27,349 bases of DNA from a virus. Lineage: Duplodnaviria; Caudoviricetes. Below are positions 1 to 7,201 of this stretch, in pieces (the first letter of the stretch is position 1; each line of letters begins with the position of its first letter). The notes beneath the pieces are model-generated. The model saw only the letters and a program-made list of their open reading frames with translations, had not been told where the DNA came from and made no database searches. The stretch covers positions 1 through 27,349 of IMG/VR virus record IMGVR_UViG_3300032283_000156; one strand, given 5' to 3'. Made by a program: the position numbers and the translations under genes.

Positions 1-8
1 ATACCTTG
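1..8. repeat. Terminal direct repeat ATACCTTG, left copy (candidate cos site)
   Basis: Identical to 27342-27349; lies between HNH and terS when circularised. Confidence 0.7.
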
Positions 9-38
9 AGGGTGTTCATGCGTAGATTCTAAGCCCCC

Positions 39-371
39 CTAGGTGTGCTTCGTCTTCTTGCCGTGGCAAGAGCGACATAGGACTGCGAGCAGGTGCTTGG
101 GCACTACGGGTGACTGCCCCGGCTGCAGCGGCGTGATGTGATCCACCGTGAGGTCAGTCGTTGCCTTGCATGCGAAGCACCACGGGAACTCTTCACGCAT
201 CTCGCGGCTCAACTTGCGCCATGCAGGGTCAGCGTAAGGGCTGCGCCCAGTCGGGCCATAGCGTTCATGCTCGCGCTTCGTGACGATCTTATTCGCGCAC
301 GGCTGGCAACGGTTGCCGACGCGCTGCAAGATGCCGCAGCTCAGGCAAGAGCGGGCAAACCTAAGCGGCAC
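39..371 (-). CDS. HNH endonuclease, packaging-associated (HK97 gp74-like), about 110 aa
   Basis: WRKLSRE..CFAC..VDHITP..LCRSCHGKKT motif plus N-terminal CxxC..CxxC; adjacent to terS on the circle; start moved to GTG 371. Confidence 0.9.
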   Translation of the reverse strand: MPLRFARSCLSCGILQRVGNRCQPCANKIVTKREHERYGPTGRSPYADPAWRKLSREMREEFPWCFACKATTDLTVDHITPLQPGQSPVVPKHLLAVLCRSCHGKKTKHT

Positions 372-840
372 TGGTGAACTCAGGCAGCGGCAACACACCA
401 GCCACCACGAACGACAACGCCTCAGCGACTCGCTCACCCTCAGTGTCCCAGACCTTATCCAGCACCTCATACGCTTGCGAGCCAAGCACTCCGTCCAGTG
501 TGCCGATGAGCCGCTCTAGTGCAGCATTGTGGATGTGCATCAGTTCGTGTGCAAGGATGCGGCGCTGACTCTCAGGCGTCTCCTTGAAGAAGTCGTTGCT
601 GATGCGAATCGTGGCTTCCCATAGGTTCTCGCTCACCTCAATGTCAGCCCATGAGTCGTCAGCGGGGATGTCATTGCTGACCTTGATCGTCCACTGCGTG
701 AGGTGCATGACGCCACGGTTGGCGTTCAGGTATGCAGTGACCTGCTCACGTTGGGAGATAGTCGCTCCCCGACGCTGGGAGGATGCAGCGCCGGGGAGGG
801 GGCCGTCTACGAGAGACGGCGTGCGGCGATTGTATGGCAT
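361..840 (-). CDS. HExxH zinc metallopeptidase-like protein (ImmA/IrrE-like fold possible), 159 aa
   Basis: RRILAHELMHIH with downstream ERVAE; ATG 840 overlaps upstream stop (TGATG). Confidence 0.7.
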   Translation of the reverse strand: MPYNRRTPSLVDGPLPGAASSQRRGATISQREQVTAYLNANRGVMHLTQWTIKVSNDIPADDSWADIEVSENLWEATIRISNDFFKETPESQRRILAHELMHIHNAALERLIGTLDGVLGSQAYEVLDKVWDTEGERVAEALSFVVAGVLPLPEFTSAA

Positions 841-1319
841 CAGTCCCACCTGTCAGGTGACGCCACACGCTTCGTGGCTGCATTGCTTGCCAGTGGCAAC
901 GGTGACGCTGGACGCAGCACGCAGGTCGCATCAGGGCAGCGAAGGACTTTCTCGCTGCCAGTGTCGCCACCCACGCACCAGTTGCAGAAGCGTCCGATGA
1001 GCATCTGCAGGCGGCGTGACTCTTTCTCAGCTGCAGTCATCTCGGGACGCTTGCGGCTCATGTATGGCTTGGGCAACTCCTCCCGCTCAATCCAGTCCTC
1101 CTGCTCGAAGGGCCCGTATGCCTGCGCGAAGATGAAGCAGAACTTCTCCGACGGTCGGCGCTCAGCCTTGGCGTAGGATCGGATCGTGCGCCCAGTGATC
1201 TTGACGCCGCACTCTCGCATGTGGGCGGCAACCTTCTCGCTGGCAACGACGGACGTGCTCCCGGGGTAAGACTCCAGCACGCGCTTGTTGATGACGTCAG
1301 GGCGCAGGCTCTTGCTCAT
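840..1319 (-). CDS. Putative DNA-binding protein: XRE-like HTH plus C-terminal Cys4 zinc finger, 159 aa
   Basis: VKITGRTIRSYAKAERRPS resembles an XRE recognition helix; CNWC..RCPDATC; ATGA coupling at 1319 with GGAGG upstream. Confidence 0.6.
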   Translation of the reverse strand: MSKSLRPDVINKRVLESYPGSTSVVASEKVAAHMRECGVKITGRTIRSYAKAERRPSEKFCFIFAQAYGPFEQEDWIEREELPKPYMSRKRPEMTAAEKESRRLQMLIGRFCNWCVGGDTGSEKVLRCPDATCVLRPASPLPLASNAATKRVASPDRWD

Positions 1320-1771
1320 GGCAACACCTCCAAGGTGATCGGCATCACGCCGACGGAGAGCGGCACGCCCAGCACTGCCCACGCCTTAGGGGATAGGTCA
1401 ATGAGTCGCTCGTCGTTAGGGTCACGGCGCACGCCGTAGCAGGTGCACTCGTCAACAACGTGAACGACGACGCTCTTGCCAGTGAGCAGGCTCTTGATCT
1501 TGACGTCCCAACTCGTGCGCCAGTAGTGCTGCTTGTAGGCTCGGACGTCAGCCCCGATGGCGCCGTATAGGGTGATCCCAGCGCGGGTGTACCAGCTCGT
1601 CTGGTTGCCACGCTCAGCGTCGAACCATGTCGCAGTGCCCACGAAGTACCCCTCAGGCACGGCGGGCTGATCAGCCAGCATGCCCATGGCGTACGGCGCG
1701 AGCGGCTCCGACGTCGGCTGCGGATTCGTGAGTGGCGCCAGTACCAGCGCCAGTGCAAGTGCGATCTTCAT
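1316..1771 (-). CDS. Secreted RlpA-like double-psi beta-barrel protein (lytic transglycosylase/expansin-like)
   Basis: Signal peptide MKIALALALVLAPL; GTATWF, VVVHVVDEC, RLIDLSPKAWAVLG motifs. Confidence 0.8.
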   Translation of the reverse strand: MKIALALALVLAPLTNPQPTSEPLAPYAMGMLADQPAVPEGYFVGTATWFDAERGNQTSWYTRAGITLYGAIGADVRAYKQHYWRTSWDVKIKSLLTGKSVVVHVVDECTCYGVRRDPNDERLIDLSPKAWAVLGVPLSVGVMPITLEVLP

Positions 1772-2151
1772 GCCTTCTCCTCCCGCTGCTGCAGCAGCTG
1801 CACCAGTGTCTCCCAGTGGATGACGACCATGCGACGGGCCTTGATGCCTGAGCCGGGGGCGTCTTCCACTACCAGCGCAGCAACTTCGTCAGCCTTCGGC
1901 GTGAGTTCGTTGAGCCACTTATCGAACCGCTCACTGAACGCTCCGCCCTTCTTGGCGCTGATGATCAGCCCCAGTGCGCGCACGTCAGTCTTGCCGCCAT
2001 ACTGCCCGACGCGCTCACCAGCGAGTCCTGCTTCAGTCAACTCAGCAGCCAGCCGACGCTCCAGCCCATTGCCGCGTTGGCGGTTGTTCTTGCCCATGCG
2101 GCTGCGGGCTGCGTTCTTCTGGTCAATGTCAAGGTCACTCATGCGGCTCAT
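1768..2151 (-). CDS. Holliday-junction resolvase-like PD-(D/E)xK nuclease (Hjc-like), 127 aa
   Basis: NRQRGNGLERRLAAEL..GGKTDV..IISAKK pattern; ATGA-coupled start at 2151. Confidence 0.65.
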   Translation of the reverse strand: MSRMSDLDIDQKNAARSRMGKNNRQRGNGLERRLAAELTEAGLAGERVGQYGGKTDVRALGLIISAKKGGAFSERFDKWLNELTPKADEVAALVVEDAPGSGIKARRMVVIHWETLVQLLQQREEKA

Positions 2152-2312
2152 GGTAGCGCCTGCCCTAGTGCGACGACCGTGAAGATGCTGATGCCGAACC
2201 ACGCCAGCACGATGCCTGAGTTGGCTCGGCTGTTCGTCAAGCCAATCCACGCCATGCATAGCGCAATGAGTGCGTGCACGCCCATCAGGGTGATCACCAT
2301 GCCGTCAATCAC
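2148..2312 (-). CDS. Small two-TM membrane protein, 54 aa (not in ORF track)
   Basis: Hand translation MIDGMVITLMGVHALIALCMAWIGLTNSRANSGIVLAWFGISIFTVVALGQALP; 4-nt start/stop overlaps with both neighbours. Confidence 0.8.
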   Translation of the reverse strand: MIDGMVITLMGVHALIALCMAWIGLTNSRANSGIVLAWFGISIFTVVALGQALP

Positions 2313-2512
2313 TTGACGCATCCCTTGTGACGCCAGTGCAGGCGCACGTTGCCCTTGGCGCCATTGAACGTGATGACCTTCACCCGGCTCGCTGGGAAGA
2401 CGGGCTTCTTCGGATCAGCAACGGCGATGACCTTGCCGCACTCCGTGCAGTCAGTCTCTGTCCAGCGTGGGGGCAACGATGGCCCGCCGCGCTTCGCCTT
2501 TACTCCTGCCAT
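2309..2512 (-). CDS. Small hypothetical protein, probable zinc finger
   Basis: CTEC..HKGC; tiles between neighbours. Confidence 0.7.
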   Translation of the reverse strand: MAGVKAKRGGPSLPPRWTETDCTECGKVIAVADPKKPVFPASRVKVITFNGAKGNVRLHWRHKGCVK

Positions 2513-2721
2513 GTCTGACCGTCCCGCTGGAGCATTGCGCCCAGCTTCACCATCATGGCGCCCATGGCGTTGCTGAGGGTGTCGGCTTCAACGGTCAGCG
2601 TCTGACCGTCATGATCCTCACACTGCAGGGTGACCTTGCGCGTCTCTGTGTCGATGCTGCAGTTGGCGTAGCGGAAGCCCACCATCTCCGCCATGGTTTC
2701 GAGTTCGCTCAGTTCGCTCAT
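2500..2721 (-). CDS. Hypothetical protein, 73 aa
   Basis: ATGA coupling, GGAGG SD. Confidence 0.75.
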   Translation of the reverse strand: MSELSELETMAEMVGFRYANCSIDTETRKVTLQCEDHDGQTLTVEADTLSNAMGAMMVKLGAMLQRDGQTWQE

Positions 2722-3278
2722 GCTTGAACCTCCATGCGTGCCGCTTCAAGGACGGCTGCGATGCACTCTGACGGACTCAGTGCCTGCGTGTCAAGAACTA
2801 GCTCGGCTTCCATGTCCCCAGCCTGTCGCTCCGTGATGTCTCGCTGCCACGGCTGCAGGTCGCCAGACTCCGGGCGAACCAGTCGCACGAAGAGCGTGTC
2901 TGGATACCACGCCGCAATGAAGGCCCGCTCAGCGTCAAGGCGCACGTCGTCCACCACGAACTGCGTGCTGCCTACTACGCCATCCTCAGCGCCCTGCTTC
3001 GTTCGTCGCAGCCACACCCGCATCCAGAAGAGTGAGTCCATCTCACGAAGAGCAGCGCCAATCTCCTGCAGCAGCTCACGCCCAGTCAGCAGGCAAGAGA
3101 GTCCCAGCGTCTGCTGGGGGTATCTCATAGCCTTGTCGAACTTGCCATACGCCATGACGGCGATCTCACGGATCGGTGCTGCAATGCTGGTGACTTCATA
3201 GCCGTGATGTTCCGAGAGCATCTGGCTCAAGGTCGTCTTGCCAGTGCCTGCCTTGCCAATGAACGCCACGCTCCTCAT
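2718..3278 (-). CDS. Deoxynucleoside monophosphate kinase (T4 gp1-like P-loop kinase)
   Basis: GKAGTGKTT Walker A, IAAPIRE, RELLQEIGAALRE..FW, VVDDVR. Confidence 0.85.
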   Translation of the reverse strand: MRSVAFIGKAGTGKTTLSQMLSEHHGYEVTSIAAPIREIAVMAYGKFDKAMRYPQQTLGLSCLLTGRELLQEIGAALREMDSLFWMRVWLRRTKQGAEDGVVGSTQFVVDDVRLDAERAFIAAWYPDTLFVRLVRPESGDLQPWQRDITERQAGDMEAELVLDTQALSPSECIAAVLEAARMEVQA

Positions 3279-3709
3279 CCAACAATCCTCCTCAAGATTT
3301 CTCCCGCCTGTAAGGGGGTAGGGGGTTTCTCTCTCTCGCTCTTCTCTGTTCTCTCTCTAGAGCGTCCGTTATCCGTTAACCCAGCCGATTCTGAACGGCG
3401 CCGAGCAGTGAACGCAGCCTGACGTGCAGTCGATGTCGGGTCGATCTGATAGCGATGCCAGCCCGTAATGGCAACGATCCCAGCCTGATCTACCCCGAGC
3501 AGGCCCTTGTTGATCAGCCCGCTGATCGCCTTGCCGTAGTGGCTGCCGATGCATGCCTTCAGGTGCTCCCGGCTCTTGAAGATGCCGCCACTGCGCAGCT
3601 GTTTGGCTTCGCTGATGGCGATGATGAACGCCCTGAACTCCGTGTCAGTGAGCAGTGCGATCTTGTCGTCCTTGTGGGCGTTAGCGTCCCACTTGATCCA
3701 GAGTCCCAT
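3275..3709 (-). CDS. Putative replication initiator / replisome organiser (winged-helix N-terminal domain), 144 aa
   Basis: WIKWD..DDKI..L..F and ITGWHRYQ pattern, R/E-rich low-complexity segment, position after recombination genes. Confidence 0.6.
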   Translation of the reverse strand: MGLWIKWDANAHKDDKIALLTDTEFRAFIIAISEAKQLRSGGIFKSREHLKACIGSHYGKAISGLINKGLLGVDQAGIVAITGWHRYQIDPTSTARQAAFTARRRSESAGLTDNGRSRERTEKSEREKPPTPLQAGEILRRIVG

Positions 3710-3728
3710 GTGATCCTCCGATGCTGGC

Positions 3729-3756
3729 GGGGGCGAGCCGTCCAGAGCCCGCCCCC
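3729..3756 (-). terminator. GC-rich stem-loop after the annealase gene (terminator or RNA stability element)
   Basis: Minus strand GGGGGCGGGC-N8-GCTCGCCCCC, 10-bp stem with one G-U pair; no U tract. Confidence 0.5.
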
Positions 3757-3766
3757 ATGTGATGAC

Positions 3767-4468
3767 CTAGAACGGCAACTCGCTGAGGTCTTCTTCAGCG
3801 CGCACTGGCTCGCCGATCGGCGCAGCCTGAGCGTTCACCCAGTCGATGCTTGGCTTGCGCTTGCAGAAGGCCCCGTCAGTGCGCCCCGAGCATGCCCAGA
3901 AGGGTGCATACGGCTTGCCGCTAGCCTTTGATACGCCGCCGGGCTTCTTCGTCCACGGCTGCCCATGGTCGGGGCAGTTATCAGCGCCGAACATGTCCAT
4001 GGCTGCCTTCAGCACCACGGTGTCATGCCCCTGCTGGGCTGGCACTGGAGTCTGAGGGAGGCTCATAGGCTTCAACGCTGGCAGCCCAACGCGCCCCGCT
4101 GCGGGCTTTTCCCCGCCGTACAAGTACCGAGCCACCCCGAAGAGCGATGCGCAGCGCCTAAGGGCGTCTGACGCGGCTTCTTTCAGTGACTCGCCAGAGC
4201 CGCCAGTCTCATACCCGAAGTCTTGACGACGGGCAACGGTGCCATCTGGGAAGCGGCACGTCAGGATGCCGACGACCGTGTTCGTGTCGCCGACTGGCTC
4301 AACGGCGAAGTCCCAGCCGTTGACGCCGAGCACCTCATCCAGCCGAGCTGCGACGGTGCGGGCGTCCACCCACGTCAAGTCCTTGCCCCCGGCACCAGTG
4401 CGGTGACGGATCACCTCAGGTGGGAAGGGTGCCGACAACGCGGCGAGAATCTCCGAGTGCTTGTTCAT
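3767..4468 (-). CDS. Rad52/Rad22-family (Sak-like) single-strand annealing protein with C-terminal zinc finger and SSB-like acidic tail, 233 aa
   Basis: LSAPFPPE, WVDARTVAARLDEVLG..W, LKEAASDALRRCASLFGVARYLY; CPDHG..FWACS..FC; ends EEDLSELPF; ATGA-coupled start at 4468. Confidence 0.9.
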   Translation of the reverse strand: MNKHSEILAALSAPFPPEVIRHRTGAGGKDLTWVDARTVAARLDEVLGVNGWDFAVEPVGDTNTVVGILTCRFPDGTVARRQDFGYETGGSGESLKEAASDALRRCASLFGVARYLYGGEKPAAGRVGLPALKPMSLPQTPVPAQQGHDTVVLKAAMDMFGADNCPDHGQPWTKKPGGVSKASGKPYAPFWACSGRTDGAFCKRKPSIDWVNAQAAPIGEPVRAEEDLSELPF

Positions 4469-4968
4469 GCTCGCTCCTTCTTGGGGAAGAGTCCCCAGTC
4501 GTTCAGTTCTTCGATCGGCTTCAGCCACGCTGGAGCCCGACCGTTGCCGAAGTCAGTCTTCGGACTTGCCTTGAGTGCTTGCAACCCCTCAACGTCCAGC
4601 CAGCCCACGATGCGCTTGACTGGCCCGTTGCCAGTCACCAGCACATGAACCTGCTCACGCTGCTCATTAGGTCGGACGATGAGCCCATGCCCAGCCGTCC
4701 ACTTCACCTCAACCCCGCCGAGCCACGGCACCTCCACGTCGGGCTCGCTCAGGTAGGTGTCGACATGACCTGCCCACGGCAAGTCAAGAGCGATGCATAC
4801 TGCCAGTTCAGCAGCTGCGCCGTCAATGTGATTCTGCAGGCTGCGATCAGCCGACTGACCTGCACGCCCCTGCTGCCCCTTCGCCTTGCTGGATGCATCA
4901 CGGGCAATGCCAACCTGCTTCGCTTGCGCCCACTCGTAGGGGTCAAGGATGACCGTCTGCTCAATCAT
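4465..4968 (-). CDS. Putative PD-(D/E)xK nuclease
   Basis: GAAAELAV..PDV..VEVKW motif order. Confidence 0.6.
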   Translation of the reverse strand: MIEQTVILDPYEWAQAKQVGIARDASSKAKGQQGRAGQSADRSLQNHIDGAAAELAVCIALDLPWAGHVDTYLSEPDVEVPWLGGVEVKWTAGHGLIVRPNEQREQVHVLVTGNGPVKRIVGWLDVEGLQALKASPKTDFGNGRAPAWLKPIEELNDWGLFPKKERA

Positions 4969-5908
4969 GGAGCCCCCCGTCGTTGATGATGAAGCGCCGC
5001 GAGCCGGGCTTCACGTCCGTGTAGGTGGTGATCACTGACTGCAGGGCACCTGATGCCTGCGCGACCATCTTCCAGTCCGTGACTTCCGACGGGCGTGCCT
5101 GCTTCCAGTACACCGTCCAGCCGTTGCCAGCCAGCCCAGCCTTCTCGCCGATGGCCTCCTTGATGATGATCTCGAGCGAGCCCTTCTTTTGCTCCAAGAA
5201 GTGCAGCTCAGTGTTCGTCTCACGCAACTGGGCGTAGACGCGCTCCAAGTCTGCCGTCGCCTCCACGAACTCCTGCGAGCCCTGCGGGGTGGCGATGGCG
5301 AAGGCTTGAGCGTCTAGCGCCTCCAGCTGCGGCGGCGTCTTAGAGTCCACGGCTGCCAAGAACTCCATGGCGCTGCGCTGAATCTCAGCCCAGAGCATCG
5401 GGTCAAACTGCACCCGCTCAATCTTGAACACCAGCCCGCCGAGCAGGGCGACGACGTCGCACCACTCAGCGCCAACGACGCCCATCTGAGTCTGCACTTG
5501 GATGGTGACCTCAGGCGGCACGGGCCACATGCTCCAGCGCGGGCTTGCTGACGTCTTGATCTCCACGATGCCCTTCGGCTCGCCGACGATCGTGCGATCC
5601 AGCGAAGCCATGAGCCGGGGCTGCGCCTTGAGTCGGACGATGCCGTTTGACTTGCGCAACTTCACGCCGCGCTCCTGCTCGTAGTACTGCCCGACGGCAT
5701 CCTCAAGGATGACGCCACGGTTGGCAGCGGCTCCGACCTTCTGCTCTGGCGTTGCGCCAGTCTTCTCAGCCCAGAGCTGGTAGGGCGTCTTGTACGGGCT
5801 GACGCCCATGACTGCCGCCATGTCTGAGGCCCCCAGCCCCTGACGTCGCAACTCCAGCCACTCAGGGCTGCGCTGCGGTGCCTTGACGAACTCGAACTTC
5901 TTGCTCAC
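4961..5908 (-). CDS. YqaJ-like viral recombinase exonuclease (lambda Exo family)
   Basis: WLELRRQGLGASD, SPYKTPYQLWAEKTG, GVILE, ASLDR, VEIKT, QVQTQM. Confidence 0.93.
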   Translation of the reverse strand: MSKKFEFVKAPQRSPEWLELRRQGLGASDMAAVMGVSPYKTPYQLWAEKTGATPEQKVGAAANRGVILEDAVGQYYEQERGVKLRKSNGIVRLKAQPRLMASLDRTIVGEPKGIVEIKTSASPRWSMWPVPPEVTIQVQTQMGVVGAEWCDVVALLGGLVFKIERVQFDPMLWAEIQRSAMEFLAAVDSKTPPQLEALDAQAFAIATPQGSQEFVEATADLERVYAQLRETNTELHFLEQKKGSLEIIIKEAIGEKAGLAGNGWTVYWKQARPSEVTDWKMVAQASGALQSVITTYTDVKPGSRRFIINDGGLHD

Positions 5909-6120
5909 TGAACCTCCTGCCGTGTCTTCTTCAACGCCGTGACTGCGGCGCTCAGTTTCTTCTTGGCTTCCGCCAGTCGCTCCTTGTCTCCCGTGGTGTA
6001 GATGTCAACGACCTTCTTCCAGTGACTGACATTGCAGTCGGCGCAGAGCCGTTCAATCAGCCCCGGCTTGACTTCTGTCTGCATTTGACGCGCGCAGATG
6101 ACGCACTTCCACTTGATCAC
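5905..6120 (-). CDS. Small Cys4 zinc-finger protein with helical C-terminus
   Basis: CVIC..CADC; GTGA overlaps at both ends. Confidence 0.75.
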   Translation of the reverse strand: MIKWKCVICARQMQTEVKPGLIERLCADCNVSHWKKVVDIYTTGDKERLAEAKKKLSAAVTALKKTRQEVQ

Positions 6121-6308
6121 TTCTTGCCCTCCTTCTTGCGGTCAACCTTGGCCCACCCTTCGCCCTTGAACTGAACGCTGCTCGGGCTGATCTCCAGCTG
6201 CATCCATGCCCCGCATCCGTCGCAGCGCGGCACTACGGGCTGGAAGCCCGTCTGCAGTCGCTCCTCAGTGATGCAGCAGGTCATGCAGAAGAAGACGTAG
6301 AGCGGCAT
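6117..6308 (-). CDS. FmdB-family zinc ribbon protein, 63 aa
   Basis: MPLYVFFCMTC..RCDGCG..VQFKGEGW; TAATG-coupled start at 6308. Confidence 0.85.
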   Translation of the reverse strand: MPLYVFFCMTCCITEERLQTGFQPVVPRCDGCGAWMQLEISPSSVQFKGEGWAKVDRKKEGKK

Positions 6309-6505
6309 TACCAGCGCCCCGTTGGCGTCTTGCGCGGCTTGCGCTGACGGCGCTCTTCGAGTCGCACGCAGTAGGAGCACTCGCCGCACACTGGCGCGTT
6401 CGGCACCAGTGGACGCTCGCACTTGCCACACATGAGCACTCGAACGCAGGGGCGGTGCTTGCCGATGCCGCTGATGTCCCCCGGCTTGCATAGGTCAGCG
6501 ATCAT
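6308..6505 (-). CDS. Small Cys-rich zinc-finger protein
   Basis: CGKC..CGECSYC; coupled to both neighbours. Confidence 0.75.
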   Translation of the reverse strand: MIADLCKPGDISGIGKHRPCVRVLMCGKCERPLVPNAPVCGECSYCVRLEERRQRKPRKTPTGRW

Positions 6506-6651
6506 CAGAACCCCCTCACCAGCGCCACCACGATGATGATGGCGATGCAGACGACGATGGTGACGTCGCTGCGCTTGCGCGCTTCAATGCGCTCCTTCGG
6601 CTTGTAGAAGCTGGTGATCGTCTTCGGATCACTGGCGCGGTTGATTCTCAC
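6505..6651 (-). CDS. Small protein with C-terminal TM helix, 48 aa
   Basis: GTG 6651 with GGAGGTG SD; VTIVVCIAIIIVVALV. Confidence 0.75.
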   Translation of the reverse strand: MRINRASDPKTITSFYKPKERIEARKRSDVTIVVCIAIIIVVALVRGF

Positions 6652-6731
6652 GATGCACCTCCAACGACTAGCACGATGTAGATGCACGCCACGAAGATGA
6701 CGTACCCGAGAAAGTCCTTGACTGCGTTCAT
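6648..6731 (-). CDS. 27-aa single-TM peptide
   Basis: MNAVKDFLGYVIFVACIYIVLVVGGAS; GGAGGTG SD, TGATG and GTGA overlaps. Confidence 0.7.
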   Translation of the reverse strand: MNAVKDFLGYVIFVACIYIVLVVGGAS

Positions 6732-6877
6732 CACTTCACCTCCAGAAGATTCTTGCGCCCCTTCGTTGGGACGTAGCACTTGGGGCAGACGGCGATGAGG
6801 CCCCCCTGCTCGTTCTTCACCACGAGCAGATACCCGTGGCGCGCCGATACTGGGCAGAGATTGAAGAAGGCGCTCAT
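6731..6877 (-). CDS. 48-aa zinc-ribbon-like protein (not in ORF track)
   Basis: Hand translation MSAFFNLCPVSARHGYLLVVKNEQGGLIAVCPKCYVPTKGRKNLLEVK; TGATG overlaps at both ends. Confidence 0.75.
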   Translation of the reverse strand: MSAFFNLCPVSARHGYLLVVKNEQGGLIAVCPKCYVPTKGRKNLLEVK

Positions 6878-7119
6878 CAGCGCACCGTCGCAATCGCGTC
6901 TTCAAGCAGCTCAGCGGTGAACGTGTCGCCCATCTTCTCGAAGGCAGACGCGGTGACGCTGGCTTCAATCTTGACGCTGCGGAAAGTCTCCAGAGTTGGA
7001 ACGATCTCCTTGATGCGCCCAGCCCAGAAGGCTGCGTCTTCGTTAGCTGGATTCAAGAGCACGCCGTCAGCGATGCTTTCCAGTGTTGCCTTGATCTCCC
7101 GGAGTGTTGCCTTAGCCAT
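6877..7119 (-). CDS. Hypothetical helical protein, first gene after the early promoter
   Basis: Strong AAGGAGGT SD; 80 aa. Confidence 0.8.
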   Translation of the reverse strand: MAKATLREIKATLESIADGVLLNPANEDAAFWAGRIKEIVPTLETFRSVKIEASVTASAFEKMGDTFTAELLEDAIATVR

Positions 7120-7171
7120 TGTGACCTCCTTGCCAGTCGCCCCGCATGGGGCTGTCTTGCCTGACTTCGTA

Positions 7172-7201
7172 ATCCTACACCTAACGGTTTCAGCCCGTCA
7201 A
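7172..7201 (-). promoter_or_regulatory. Sigma70/SigA-type promoter for the early operon
   Basis: TTGACG (7201-7196), 18-nt spacer, TAGGAT (7177-7172), in one of the few intergenic gaps. Confidence 0.7.

Noticed and set aside
26-31. TAGAAT -10-like hexamer (minus strand) upstream of the end junction, as a late promoter
   Set aside because: No matching -35 at normal spacing; cannot be supported from sequence alone.
7082-7113. AGTGTTGCCTT direct repeat
   Set aside because: Explained by the KATL peptide duplication in the 80-aa protein.
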